DNA of 64,000 bases from the NCBI GenBank assembly GCA_002104945.1, contig MCFH01000023.1, forward strand, positions 496,001 to 560,000, in the 5' to 3' direction. The position numbers were made by a program, and so were the translations under genes. Shown one piece after another: positions 21,504 through 35,491 of this stretch. A model generated the notes under the pieces. The model searched no databases. It saw only the letters and a program-made list of their open reading frames with translations, and had not been told where the DNA came from. The DNA comes from Piromyces finnis finn (taxonomy: Eukaryota > Fungi > Neocallimastigomycota). How positions within the stretch are numbered: the first letter of the stretch is position 1; each line of letters starts with the position of its first letter.

Positions 21504-23570
21504 GTGTTGATAAAATTGCATGAAGAAAGTATCAGTCTTTTCATTTCAATCCAAGAAATATGCCGTAGACGTCAATTAGATAATAAAGAGACATATTTGG
21601 CCTTTTTAGATCTCAGGAAAGCATACGATTCAGTCCCAATCGGTAATATTCTCCATAAATTAGATTGTTTAGGAATCCGAGGTAAGAGTCTACAATTTAT
21701 CAAAAATTTATATTTAACATCTAAGGCTAATGTCAAATTAGATGGACAATTCTCGAAATCTTTTGATGTGAAGAAAGGAGTCCGTCAAGGTTGCCCTCTT
21801 TCTCCTATTCTCTTTAATCTCTTTATTAATGATATATTTAGAGAGTGCGAAGATCTAGGAGTCAGTTTAGGTGACACTCGATGCTGTGGTGGACTTTTTG
21901 CAGATGATATAGTTATTTGTGCTCCAACAAGAGGATGCTTAAAAAAGATGCTTAGAAGAATTAATGAATGGGCATTGTATAATGAAATGGAATTTGGTAT
22001 CCAGAAATGTTCAACGATGGTGATTCGTCCTGAATCAATAGAAAATCAGATCAAGAGAGATCCAACATTTTACTTAGCAGGACAACCCATTCCAACTACT
22101 GATTGTTATACTTATCTTGGTGTTCCATTTGATAAGAATTTGTCCCTTAAACCAGTAATTAAAGTTCTTAATAACAAGGTTTTGAAAGGGCTTTTCTCAG
22201 TCAATAAATTCTTAAGAAATCCTAATATTCCTATTCCTTTCAAAAAACTAGTACTTAACTCACAAGTGATTAGCAGAGTTTCATACTTTGCACCATTACT
22301 TGGATCCAACAAAGCTAGGTCTAGGATTGCTCAGAAGCATGTTAACAAAGGAATACGATGGGTTGCCGGAGTTCATAAAGCTGTATCGTTTATATCTTTA
22401 TACTCTATTTCAAAAGATTTGAATATTCCTCCATTGTCAGCCAAATGTGCATTAGCTCAGGTTAGATGTTTTAACAAATGGAAAAACTCAAATTGTATTA
22501 TCTCACACCTTGTCAATTACATTCCTAAATTTAGAAAATACACGTGGTGCAAATCAAGTAGGACACTTGATAAAAAACTAAAGAAACATGGAGATGTTAA
22601 AGCAGTTAAAAACTTTTATTGGAAAGATCTCAAAGGGAATTCAATCAAAGCGCAATATTATGATGATAATAAATTTATTGAAACTAAAGATTTTATTAAA
22701 TTATGTTATGAATACCCAGAGTTTGCCTATGGCTTCTACTGGCTATTGAAAGCAAGAAGCGGATACAAGTTGGATGCTAGAGTTGCCAAAGCTGCTAAAT
22801 TTGTTGATCCAGTTTGTCCTAACTACTGTCCATGTTGCAAGTGTGGAGATCAAAGTATTAAACATTGGTTATTAGATTGTCCAACATTTAGAGATATCCG
22901 TATTAAACATTATGATTCCATAGTCCAGCTATTAAATTTTTTCAGTCAACGTAATTCCAATAGTCCTATCAATAATAATGAAATTGATAATATCAGTAGA
23001 GATAGTAATAACATTAATAGTAATAGTAACAATAGTAGTAATAACAATAGTAATAGTAACAATAGTAATAGTAACAATAGTAATAATAACAATAATAGAA
23101 ATAATAATATTAGTAATGATAGCAATAGTGAAGATAATAATTCTAATTTAGATAGTAATTTAGTTAATGATAGTAATAGTTCTAATAATCCGGTGAATAT
23201 TAATGTGTATGATTATTCTAGTGTGTGCAGTGAAATATTTAAATTCCTTCTTGGGGGAAGAAGTTTTAACAATATTAATTACAATTCAAGGGAATGGAAA
23301 GAACTTTGTAAGCGTCAGATTCAATCTGGTACTAACGAAGGAACGCCATTCTTGACGGTAACCGCGGAACTTCTAACCAAAATCATGCCTTTTGCTATTG
23401 GCCAGCAATGGTCAATGTTCAAAAGGTTTGAAGCAACATCCAAGAGCGTCAATGCTGAAGAAACAGTAAGACAGGCCAGGAGGGCCAGCGCAACCAATGG
23501 AGATCATAATTTTGTTCCATGATAAAATTTCGATCTTTGGCTCGGTGTCCCATTGGAAGTCAAATACAAT
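21504..23570 (+). mobile_element. 5'-truncated non-LTR retrotransposon (LINE) with an uninterrupted RT + CCHC ORF
   Basis: FLDLRKAYDSV, KGVRQGCPLSPILFNLFI, GLFADD, YTYLGV and a C-terminal CPCCKCGDQSIKHWLLDC zinc knuckle. No LTRs. Homology to the 24330-26712 copy starts abruptly at ~21521. Confidence 0.93.
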
Positions 23571-23757
23571 TATTATACTTTAGTATGATAGTGGCTTTCT
23601 TACTTTAATTAAAATTACTAGAATACATTATACCCAATTTTTATTCATTTGTGTTTATTTAAACATATTTTTTTTATTTTTATTTTATTTTAATTTTTAT
23701 ATTTCATGTATTATAATTTTAATTAAATTACTAATAAAGTTTAAAATATTTGATGCC

Positions 23758-23791
<34 letters not shown>

Positions 23792-23793
<2 letters not shown>

Positions 23794-23862
23794 CAGTTAA
23801 TTGTTCTAATTTTTATCCATGTTGCAAGTGTGTTAAAATATCCAACATTTGTTAAGTGTTCT
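23792..23862 (+). mobile_element. Short degenerate LINE CCHC-region remnant after a poly(A) tract
   Basis: ttgttctaatttttatccatgttgcaagtgtg resembles tttgtcctaactactgtccatgttgcaagtgtg at ~22812-22844, and tccaacattt follows in both. Confidence 0.55.
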
Positions 23863-23919
23863 ATATATTTTTTAATATCCATAATATATATTATTGGTAA
23901 ATGTTTTGATTTTCTCAAT

Positions 23920-24290
23920 AATCTCTACTCTACCTCTAAAGCTCGTGCACGTTTCTTGGATATGCTTTCCAGTGAATTCCCTATCAACCGTGGTGTAAGA
24001 CAAGGATGTCCTCTTTCTCCTATACTTTTTAACCTCTTTATCAATGATATTTTAAATAAATGTGAAAGGCTTGGAGTTAGCTTAGGAAATAAACGTTGTT
24101 GTGGTGGCCTTTTCGCTGATGACATTGTTTTGATTGCTCTTAGTAAGAAGAACCTTCAAAAGATGCTCAATCTAGTCCTTGATTGGGCTAATTTAAATGA
24201 ATTGTCTTTTGGAAATAAATAAATGTGCAACTATTGTTGTTAAACCTATCAACTTTAATAGATCCCCTGGTTATGTCGACCCAACATTTT
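23920..24290 (+). mobile_element. LINE RT fragment, divergent subfamily
   Basis: ARARFLDMLSSEFPINRGVRQGCPLSPILFNLFINDI...GGLFADDIVL...DPTFY, with a frameshift near 24220. The protein clearly differs from the 21504 copy. Confidence 0.88.
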
Positions 24291-24329
24291 ACAAAGAAAA
24301 TTTACAACTTGAATTTCAAAAGAAACGAT

Positions 24330-26712
24330 TCTTCCTCATCCAACAAGCCTGATAACTTTTCTTTTTGTTTTAGTTGGAACACCAATGAGTGGAATCACGA
24401 AAAGAGAGATAGTATTAGCTATTTCACAACTATTTTCAAACCATTGTTTTTATGTTTTCAAGAAACTGGTAATGGTTCTGGATCGAATACAGAGTATCCT
24501 TGTCGTGTTACTTTACTAAACTATAGACACTTTTTCAAGAAAGCTGATGAATCAGTTCCTGGATTGAGAGGTTTATATTTAGGTATTTACAATTTGTGTC
24601 AAGCCTCACTTGAAAACTTCTCTGGAAAGTATATTATTTCTATTTATACTTTTAGTCTTTGGAATAGATTCAAATGCTCGATTGGAAATGTTTATATGCC
24701 TCATAGTCATCACAACATCTATGTTGATCATGCAAAGTTAGAAGTTCGTTTGTGGTTATAAACTCATTCATCCCATCCATCGATTCTTGTTGGTGATTTT
24801 AATATGTCTAAAGTAAAATTATCCAACTGGTTATCATCTAATGGATTAGGAAATTGGGAAATTTTTCCACCTAAAAGTTCTCCTATTGCTTGGACTTGAG
24901 GTGATCAATCTTCCGACATCGACCATACTCTTGTCAATTCGAAGATAAAAGATCTTATTCACTCAGGATCATTTATAGATGACTTTTATCCGGTATCAGA
25001 TCATAAGCTACTCCTTATTAATGGTAAAATTATTCTTATGGAAGATTTTTCTAATGACTTTAATGTTTCTAAGAAAATTTTGAAATGGAATAGATTAAAA
25101 TGTAGGAAAAGGAATCTATTCTTAGCTATAATAAATTCAAAATTCTTTCAGCAAAACTTAACGATCCTAATGATTCTACAGATGAACTTTCTAAAGAGTT
25201 TACTTCAACTGCTTTTTCAATTACAGACAAGCTCAGTATTACTTCAATAAATAAAGTTATAAAATCTTCATTTCATATTTCACAACAAATTTTTAATCTC
25301 CAAAAAATCAAAATGAAGCTGTATAAGAGATTTAAAAAAGAAAGAATTTATGATATAGAAGAATTTATAAAAAGGATTAAAATCTACCTTAAAATCATCG
25401 ATTACATCCACAAAAGATGTAATGAGTATAGAAAAAAAGAATGTTTTCATTGGATTAAAACAGGTTGTGAGTATATGAAGAACCATAATCCTAAAAAGGC
25501 CTGGAAATGGATCAAGAAAACTGCAAAAAATTGGAAAAGATACTTTCTTTATTACTCAACCAATTAAAAATAAGAATGGAGATTTAGTTGTTGTTACGGA
25601 AGAACAACTAGTCCTTCAATTAATGATTCTAATAATGCTACAGATAATAATTCTTCTGGTAATGTCACTACAGATAATGATGCTTATGGTTTAAATTTTA
25701 TTCTTAAATTATTTAACCGTATTTGGGATGGAGACTTCCTCAGCTCATGGAATGAATTCTGTATTGTTTCTCTTCCTAAGAAGGGAGATTTGACAGATTG
25801 TGATAACTACCGAGGTATTTCACTTATCAATAATGGTGTTAAGTTGATTTCAAAAATTGTCACCGCTAGAATCTCAGAATATAGTCTAAAGAATAATTTC
25901 ATTAGACCCGAACAATTTGGTTTTCGAAAAAAGGAAGAAAGTATCAGTCTTTTCATTTCAATTCAAGAAATATGTCGTAGACGTCAATTAAATAATAAAG
26001 AGACATATTTGACCTTTTTAAATCTCAGGAAGGTATACGATTCAGTTCCAATCGGTAATATTCTCCATAAATTAAATTGTTTAGGAATCAAAGGTAAGTG
26101 TTTACAATTCATAAAAGAATTTATATTTAATATCTAAGGCTAATGTAAAATTAGATGATTAATTCTCGAAATCTTTTGATGTGAAGAAAGGAGTCCGTCA
26201 AGGTTGAACACTTTCACCTATACTTTTTAATCTCTTTATTAATGATATTTTTAAAGAGTGCGAAGATCTCGGAGTTAGTTTAGGAGGCATTCGATGCTGT
26301 GGTGGACTTTTTGCAGATGATATAGTTATTTGTGCTCCACCAAGAAGATGCTTAAAAAAGATGCTAAAAAGAGTTTATGGATGGGCTTTGTATGATGAAA
26401 TGGAATTTGTTATCCAAAAATGTTCAACGATGGTGATTTGTTCTGAACATTTTACTTAACAGGAAAACCCATTTCAACTACTGATTGCTACACTTATCTT
26501 GACGTTCCATTTGATAAGAATTTGTCCCTTAAACCAGTAAATAAAGCTCTTAATAACATGGTTTTGAAAGGACTTTTCTCAGTCAATAAATACTTAAGGA
26601 ATTCTAATATTCCTATTCCTTTCAAAAAGCTAGTACTTAACTCACAAATGATCAGCAGTGTTTTATACTTTGCACCATTACTTAGATCCAACAAAGCTAG
26701 GTCAAATCTTTC
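24330..26712 (+). mobile_element. Degenerate LINE ORF2: APE endonuclease + linker + RT, with stops and frameshifts
   Basis: APE motifs SWNTN, CFQETG, GNVYMP, VGDFN, DIDH, SDHK. RT motifs NYRGISL, EQFGFR, GLFADD. In-frame stops at 24759 and 24897. The region 25935-26705 is closely similar in DNA to 21521-22322. Confidence 0.9.
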
Positions 26713-27471
26713 ATGATATTATATTTAATTTTGACATGTTTAAGTATTTCATTCTTTTTTTAAAATTATTATTATTTCATATAGGGCATACTAACTAATT
26801 AAGAAATTATATATTTTCTGTTATTTAATTTTATGGTATAATTTTAATAACATTTAACATGGAAGCGAAAAAGGCATAAATGTACTTAGAATTATTATAA
26901 ATATTTATATATAAATCAAGGGAAATATGATGATAATGACATACTACTTAAAGTATTTGCATTATTTTAATTATATTAAGATAATTAAAATGATCGATTA
27001 AGGTTAAAGAAACATTCAAAAAAGCTAATGTCGATGAAATTGTATAATAAGTATTACCAATAATAATTTAAAAGTCTTATTAAATTATTGTTATTATATT
27101 ATATATTATATATTCTGTAAATATTAATTTAATTAGTAAATTTTTAATTTTATCTTTGCTTACTAAAACATTTATATATATGCCTAAGACCAGCATTCCA
27201 TTTTGAAATTTTTTATTAATATTTACTAATGATTATACTCTTTCAATTTAAACAATTAATTCTGTAATAATTTTTGTCTCCAAATAAATTTGAAATTTTT
27301 AATAAAATTAAAATTGAAGAGAACATAAATATATTAAATTACTACATATTTACTCGTGATCAAACAATTTATATTATTTAAAAGATTTTTACAACCAATA
27401 AGTATTGAATATTTATGTATATTTTTTTTTTAAATTTGACTTTGATAGATATTTAAAATTTAAAGAGTATA

Positions 27472-29702
27472 ATGAGTAATCAGGCAAAAACAGGGGAGAA
27501 GAGAAAACAGAGACGTAATTATATATATTAAAAATGAAATTCTAATTTTAAAAAATCATATTAAATCACATATTAAACATGTATTAATGATTATTTTATA
27601 ATTTTCATTTCAATATTATTTAAAAATTTTAATATTTAACATTTCAAAAAATTAAAATCAATTTAAAAATTATTATAATTACAATTACTTTTTCTTTTTT
27701 ATAATAACAATAATGATAATAACAATAACAATAATAAATATCTATATTCTTATTTTAATAATGAAAATATATATACAAAACTATAGCTTTTGAAGATGTC
27801 CCAACAACAAATAGTTTCTCTGCTTTAAAAATGTTTAAATTAAGTAAAAGTGCATCCTCTAGTCCTGCACCGTCTACTTCAGATAATGAATATAACGATA
27901 ATTCTGATTATAATGATGATAATTATTCTGTCTTTAAACCAAATAAAACAACTGATAATTCAAACTCACAAAGTAGATTGGAAGATAATTCAAAATCTAA
28001 TAAAAAGCATCAGAAAGACATTCTTGAAAAGAGGTTAGATGTTAAAAAATAAATAACATATATATTAATTTATTAATGTTGAAGATATATTATTTATTAG
28101 TATATATAAATTTTAAGAATAAAAATAAGAATTATAAAATTATAATTTGAAATTTCAAAATTTCAAAATTTCAAAATTTCTTTTCTTTTCTCTTCTTTTC
28201 TTTTTTTTATAATTTTAAAATTTAATGTTTTAATTTCTTAATACCATTGCTCAACAATTTATTAAATAATATATTATTATTGTTATCATATTAAAATCTA
28301 TGACATGAAGATTCGATAAAAATGTAATTTCAACTTTCACACCAAACAATTCTAATGTGTTCTATTCAAATAAAAAGAATTCAAATTTAAGTATTATTGG
28401 ATTAAAAAAAGGAGAAGTAATTATAAATTATTTTATTATATTATATTATAATAAACATATATAATATAAAGACTAATTGTCGAAAAAATTAATTATATAT
28501 TAATAAAAAAACTATTATTTATTATGAATTAGAAAATTTGTTTTAAAGGTGTTGTTGCTGTAGCCTGTATATATGGTTCTTTTAGTATATATGGCCATGT
28601 TGTATCTTCTAATTCTTCTATCTCTCAATTATTTAATAAAAATATAACACAAGAAAATTTTGAAAACACTTTAAAATCATGTATAAATAACATTGCTTTC
28701 TATCCTGCATTTTCACCAAAAAGTCATGGTCTTTTGGTTATTGAATCATTACACAATTCATTAAAAACCTTCTTACCACCAAAGGTACCAGAATTTACTG
28801 AGCAAGAAGATACAAAGGAATTAGAAACTGAACTTTATGATTTAATAAAATCAGTTAGATTATCTTATGATAGATTTGATACATTGGTAGTATTAAAGAC
28901 AATGGAATGGTGTAATATTAGTGATATTGAAAAACAAATGCCTTCTTTTAAATATTTATTTAATATGAATAAAAAAGATTTTGTAAGTAAAATAATTTAT
29001 TATTATTATTATTATTATTAGCTGTTTTCTTAATAATAAAATATATAAAATAAAACATAAATTTTATTTTACAAAGACCGAGGATATGGATCAAATAATA
29101 AAATATAATATAAATCCATGTTTTGGAATTCGTGAATTTTATCCAGTAAGTACGATCTAAAATGATATATTATAGAATAATTTAATCTATATATATTTAT
29201 ATTTACTTATTATTATTATTATTATTATTTTTCTTATAAAAATTAGTTATATAAAACATATATTGGTCATACTGCTTTAAAAATCCCACCTTCATGGTTT
29301 GAAGGTGTACATCAATTTAAAAGAAATATATTATCAAATGGTAAATACCACACAGCTAATTAATATAAATTATATTTTAATTAAATGTATACATTGTTAG
29401 TAATTCATAGCTAATCATTGATTATTATTAATTGTAGATTTAAATAGTCTTCCAGTAGTTGCCATTACAGGTTCAAAAAATATGGGAAAATCAACATTTT
29501 CAAGATATATCGTAAATTCATTATTAAATTGGTAATAATAGACAATAAAGTTATATAAATATATTATTTACTTTAACTAAAGTTGATATATTAATTTATA
29601 GTTGTAATGAAGTGGCCTATCTTGAATGTGATATTGGTCAATCTGAATTTACTCCAAGTGGAATGATTTCTCTTCATATCATCTCATCACCAATATTAGG
29701 TA

Positions 29703-29751
<49 letters not shown>

Positions 29752-31344
29752 ATCATCATTATTTGTTCATTTATTATTATAAGGCAACTAATAAATATAA
29801 ATAAAATATATTTAAATTGTTAAAATAAAAAAATTAAGGTCCATCATTTACACATATTCAACAACCATATAGAAGTTTTTATATTGGTGCATCAACCCCA
29901 AAACAAAACCCAGAATATTATTTGAATTGTATAAATGAATTATATAAAACATACATGATGGAAGTTGCACATAAATCAAACACTTTTACTCCATTAATTA
30001 TTAATACTCATGGATGGACAAGAGGTATATTTATTTAATTTATAATTATACTTTTACATTTACAATAATCATTGCTTTAACATTTTATTTTAAAATAATT
30101 CAAAGGAATTGGCTTTGATTTATTAATCCAAATATTAAGAAACATAAAACCAATGTATATTTATCAATTTGCATTCCCAGAAAATTCATCAAATGCAGGA
30201 AAGAATTTACCAGATCTTTCAGAAATTGTAAATGGAGATAATAATTCACCTTATTTATGCCGTTCAATAGTTATTTATACTATTGATGAAATTAATATCA
30301 GGTAATATTAAAGATATTAAAAATATAAATTATTATTATTATTATATTATATCATTTATTAACAAATGTATACATGCATACACTTTATATATAGGCAAAA
30401 ATATAATCCAATTGAAAATCGTACTTTAAATTTACTTTCATACTTTTCTAGAGATAATAATGAATTAAATGAGATTCATTCTATATCTTCTATAAGAAGA
30501 GGATGGTGGAACTTTAGAGAAGCCTTTTCAGAAAAAATCCCTTATCAAGTTTTTTGGAGAGATGTTAACATACAGATACTCTATGCTGATGTTCCAAATA
30601 GTCAAATTCTATATGCTTTGAATGGATCTATTGTGGGATTAATATCGGATACTACACAATATAGTCGTATTGGTGTAAATAATAATCAAAATCAACCAGT
30701 ATCTGAAAAAGTAATATATAAAATATTATAATCTTTTATTTATTTTCTATTCTAAATATTAATTTATTTTTTTATTTTATTTTATTATGATATTTAATTT
30801 TTTAATATTATTATGCAAATACATATAACTTGTATAATCAATAAATTAACAATATAATATTTTTTTTTATAAAAATTATCTAAATATAAAGGCTTTGGAA
30901 CCTTATCTTCAATTAAAAATTATTTCTTCAGAACAATATATGATTGATCCATCAAGACAACAATGTGTTGGTATAGGAATTATTAGATCCATTGATCCAT
31001 CATCAGGAAAATTTTATATAATTACACCGGTTTCACAAGATGCTTTATCTCGTGTTAATTTAATTATTCGTGGAGCTAATTATGATTTACCATCATGTAT
31101 ATATATGAGTGGATTTGAGGTAATAAAATAATATATGGATATAAAAAATTATTATTTATAAGAAAATCTAAAAAAAAAAAATTATTTATTTTAAACTAAT
31201 TTTATAAACATTAATAATAATCTATAGACAAGTAAGGATGAACTTCCATATTGTACATTTACTTTAGCAGAAGGTATTGGTTCAGTTGAAAAACGTATTC
31301 GTCATACTTTACAAAGAAAGAAAAGTATGACAAATACTGATTAA
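27472..31344 (+). CDS. GRC3: Polynucleotide 5'-hydroxyl kinase Grc3/Nol9 (multi-exon)
   Basis: P-loop AITGSKNMGKSTFSRY, LECDIGQSEFTPSG, IINTHGW, CVGIGIIRSIDP, FYIITPV, GIGS..KRIRH. The start exon 27472-27514 is inferred from splice phase. Confidence 0.92.
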
Positions 31345-32106
31345 TATTGATTATAATGGATAATCTTATTCAATAGTATTTTTATGAATAATTTTAATTT
31401 CTTTTTTTTTTCTTTTTTTATAATTATTTTATTTATTTAATAATTCATATAATAGATTATTTTCTTTATATTTCATAATTCTTTTAATTTATATATTAAA
31501 AAAAAAAAAAAAATAGCATTAACATATAATAATTTAACTAAAAATAAATGGAGTAATAAAAAAATACAAACAAAAGTGTTATTAAATTTAAAGTAAAATT
31601 TTTATTTAAAAAACTTTTTTTTTTAAAATTATGTATATGGGATGTGTATTGAAATATGAGGATTACACATTGCAATAATGGTAAAAATAATAGTAATGCT
31701 GATTAAACTATAAATTCTTGATTAAATCAAATAATATATAACTGATGTTTAATATTTATAAAAAGTTTTAAGAATTTAAAAAAAATTTTTTTTACTATAT
31801 ATATAATATATAAAATAAATAAAATTAATTTAATATGTCACCCAGATTTAACTATAATACTATATATTTTAAAAATAAAATCAAAATAAAAACATACTTT
31901 TTATAATTTTGTATATAATGATAAATGATGAATGTTACATATGTTAATAAAAATTAGATATAGAGAAATAAAATAATATTAAAACATAAAAGTAAAGGAT
32001 TAAAACTATAATCAAAACCACAATTTATTATTTTAAACAATAAAGTTTTAAGATATTTTTAATAGTTTTTTTTTTTTTAAGCGTATAATAATATATTAAA
32101 TGTAGG

Positions 32107-34595
32107 ATGAATGAATCAAACACATTTACAAGTTTATTTAAAAAGGTTGAAGAAGATTTATTTGAGAGAGGAAATGAATATAGGAATAAAAAACCATCCA
32201 AAGCGACACTAAAAGAAATCAGAATATGTACTCCCGATCATTTTAAATATGAATTTAAAAAGATTAAAAATGAACGTGAAAAAATATCAAATGAAGAGAA
32301 AAAAAAATATAAAATAGAATCTGAAAATTTAAAGAATCGATTAAAAAATTGCCATAATTATTATGACCAATATCAATGCTTTATTAAACAAAATAATAAT
32401 TTAAAAAAGATCAAACTTAACTTAATTAATAAAATGACTGATGAAATCTTCCATACAAAGCCTACTATTGAAGAAAAAGCCGAATTTAATCAATTAGATA
32501 ATTCATTAACCCAATATATTCATGATTTTAATATAATTGAAAATAAAGAAATTGATGAGGAAAAACATTTAGAATTTATAAAAGGTCTATCCAAAACTTT
32601 TGATCAATCAATTAAAAAAATTACAAAGAATGATATTAAAAGAATTTATGAAACTGGAACAGTTGTTTCCATGGCGAAAAAAAGAAGTAAATTTTTCAAT
32701 GAGGATAAAATAGATAAAATTGTTAATAGTTCTATACTGGAAGCTGTTAATCGTATGAATAAAGAATTACGTAGATTAAATGAAAAAGATGGACTTGCTC
32801 TACCAGATAATATAGCAAAACAAAGAGAAATTATGTTAACAAATTCAGTATATCATACAGAAAAAAGTAAAGAGAAATCTAATAATAGGTCAAAAAGACT
32901 ATCAATATTTGAAAGAAGAAAAAGTCAAGATTTATCAATATCCATAGAAATTAATGAAGCACTCTTGAAAAATAACAATAAACGTAGAATCAGTTTCACA
33001 CAAATTAAGAAAAGTTATGATGAAGTTAATCAATATGTTAATGAAGAAAATAGATATGGTAATTCAATGTTAAACAAAATGAGAAGAAACTTATATTCTA
33101 GATGTATCTTTGAACAACCATTTTCTTCCATTGTTGATGACTTTGGTCATACTTCTGCTTTCTACCAATCTAAGAGATCAATTCTTAACGTCTTATATCC
33201 TGATGAAAAATCAATTATTACTAAAAATAAGAATTTACGGAATACAAAAGATAACACTTTCATATTTCAGCTTATTCGATCACATCCTGCATTTAAAAAA
33301 TATTCAACATATATTCTTAAAGAAATATGTAAAATTATATCATTTAAAATATTAAAGAAAAATCAAATTGTATATAATAAGGGTGATAGCGTAAAATCAT
33401 GGTATATTATATTGGAGGGTGTTGTAGGATTTTATGGAGTAAAAAACAATAAAATGATACCTCTTATAACATATGGTGAAAATGAAGACTTTTGTAAAAT
33501 TTCCTTATATAGTGAAAGTCCTCAAAATTATACTGTGAAGGTTTTATCAGATAAAGGATTATTTGCATGCTTAGAAAAAGATTCTTTCATTCATATCATT
33601 CAATGGATGTCTAAATATGATTTAATGGCAAATCATAAGTTCTTTAAGTCATTTTCTGAATTATCTAATATATACGATTCTATTATTGAAATAATGTCAA
33701 ACATTTGTTGTACATTACATTATTCTGCTGGATCAACTATTATAAAAGAAAATGACATTATTAAGTGTGTCTATTTTATTCAATCTGGTACATGTGAGGT
33801 TAATACTTCTATAGAAATTGATATAAATCAAGAAATGAAACATATTATTGAAAAATACAGTGGTTATGGTTCTAAGTATGATATGCCAAAATTTACAGAC
33901 CCATATGATAGAAGAATTATTACCCAGTCTATTGAAGATGTCATTTCTCAAGATGAAATTATGAATGAAGATAGTGATTATAATTCATCTTTATCATCAT
34001 CAACAAGTATGTGCTAATATTTTTATAACAATTATATAATAATTATATATTTAAATTTATTATATAGTAGAAAAATAAAATTTTAAAATATAAAGTCATA
34101 AACATAATACTAACAGCAATAATTATAATTTTTTTTTTATTTTTGAATTTATTAAATGCTTTAATGATAAAAGATTTACTTTTAAATAAAAATAAAGAAA
34201 AAGAAACAAGTAATGATTATTTAGATAGCCTAATACCACCAGATATCCGAGTTAAACAAATTAAATTAGGTGAACTTTACAAAAATCAACATTTTGGAGA
34301 AGGTGCAGCAATTGCTATAGAGAACTTTGAAAAGTATAAATCACCAGTAACAGTCAAGTGTATAACAGATGTTACAATTTTAGCTATTAGTATTTTTGAT
34401 CTTGTAAAATTATTACCAAGATTCTTTACTGAAAATGAATACTTCTGTATGACAAAGAAAGATTCATTAAATATTTATTATAAACAAAAAGAAGAAGATT
34501 ATTGGGTAAAAATTAAAGAACGTGTTTTAACTACTATACTTAAAGAACAATCTGGCGATTGTCTCAAAAAATATTCAGTTGAAAGAATAAAGTAA
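32107..34595 (+). CDS. Protein with two cyclic nucleotide-binding domains (CNBD2-like), 773 aa, 2 exons
   Basis: Exons 32107-34006 and 34174-34595 splice in frame. CNB motifs VYNKGD..SWYIILEGVV and IIKEND....VYFIQSGTCEV...QHFGE...SPVTVKCIT. The N-terminus is coiled-coil-like. Confidence 0.78.
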
Positions 34596-34822
34596 TACAT
34601 AAAAATTATTTTTTATAATAATAATCATGTGTATATTTATATTTAATATAATTGTTAGTTACTTGCTGATTACTATCGAAATCGAAATTATATCAATATT
34701 TATTTTTTAAGGTCTCGTCTCCTTTATAATAATCTTGTTCATATTACATTTATCATAATAAATAATTATTCTATTACTTTTTTGTAAATAACATCAATTT
34801 TTCCAATTTTAACCAACAAACA

Positions 34823-34867
<45 letters not shown>

Positions 34868-35491
34868 AAAATAATTGTTCATTAAAAGTAATTTTCTGTA
34901 TTTTTTTTTTTTTTTTTTTTTTTTAGATGTATATATTTTTATTATTTATTCTTTTTAAACTTTTTATATTACTATTATTATTACTATTACTATTATTATT
35001 ATTTTATTTTATTTTATTTTTTATTTTTTATTTTATTTTTTATTTTTTATTTTATTTTTTATTTTTTATTTTATTTTTTATTTTTTATTTTTTATTATCT
35101 ATTTTTTTTTTAAATAAAGCAAAATGAAATAAATACTCTATATTTTTAATACTAATTTCTAAATTATATATATTAAATTTTAAATATCTAAATTTTTCGG
35201 TTTGTATATATATTAAAGAATAAAAATATGCTGTATCGAAAAAATTATTAATATTAATTTTTGTTTTAAGGTATTATGACTTTAGGCATGCATTTTTTTT
35301 ATCCTTTTAAATATATATACTATATAAATTTGTTTATAATTATTATTATATAAAATAAACTAAACTAAAAAATTTATATATGTCAGTTGATTAAATAAAA
35401 AAATTTTTTTTTCTCTTGAAAGCTCGGATTATTTTTCTGTTTATGATTTATGAATTAAATTAAATATTGCTGATTGTTATACTATATTAAA

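Noticed and set aside
23465-23560. Possible self-cleaving ribozyme or SECIS at the LINE 3' end
   Set aside because: CTGAAGA, GGCCAGC and ATGA..GA fragments are present, but the required stems and spacing for hammerhead, HDV, twister or SECIS are not. Kept only as a generic stem-loop.
24330-26712. RIP-like mutation of the decayed LINE
   Set aside because: A few C-to-T stops occur, but the differences from the intact copy include many transversions and indels. No clear dinucleotide bias is visible by eye.
34927-35127. Hydrophobic F/I/L/Y ORF resembling a membrane peptide (similar ones at 19878..20087 and 47879..48124)
   Set aside because: These are translations of T-rich or A-rich simple repeats.
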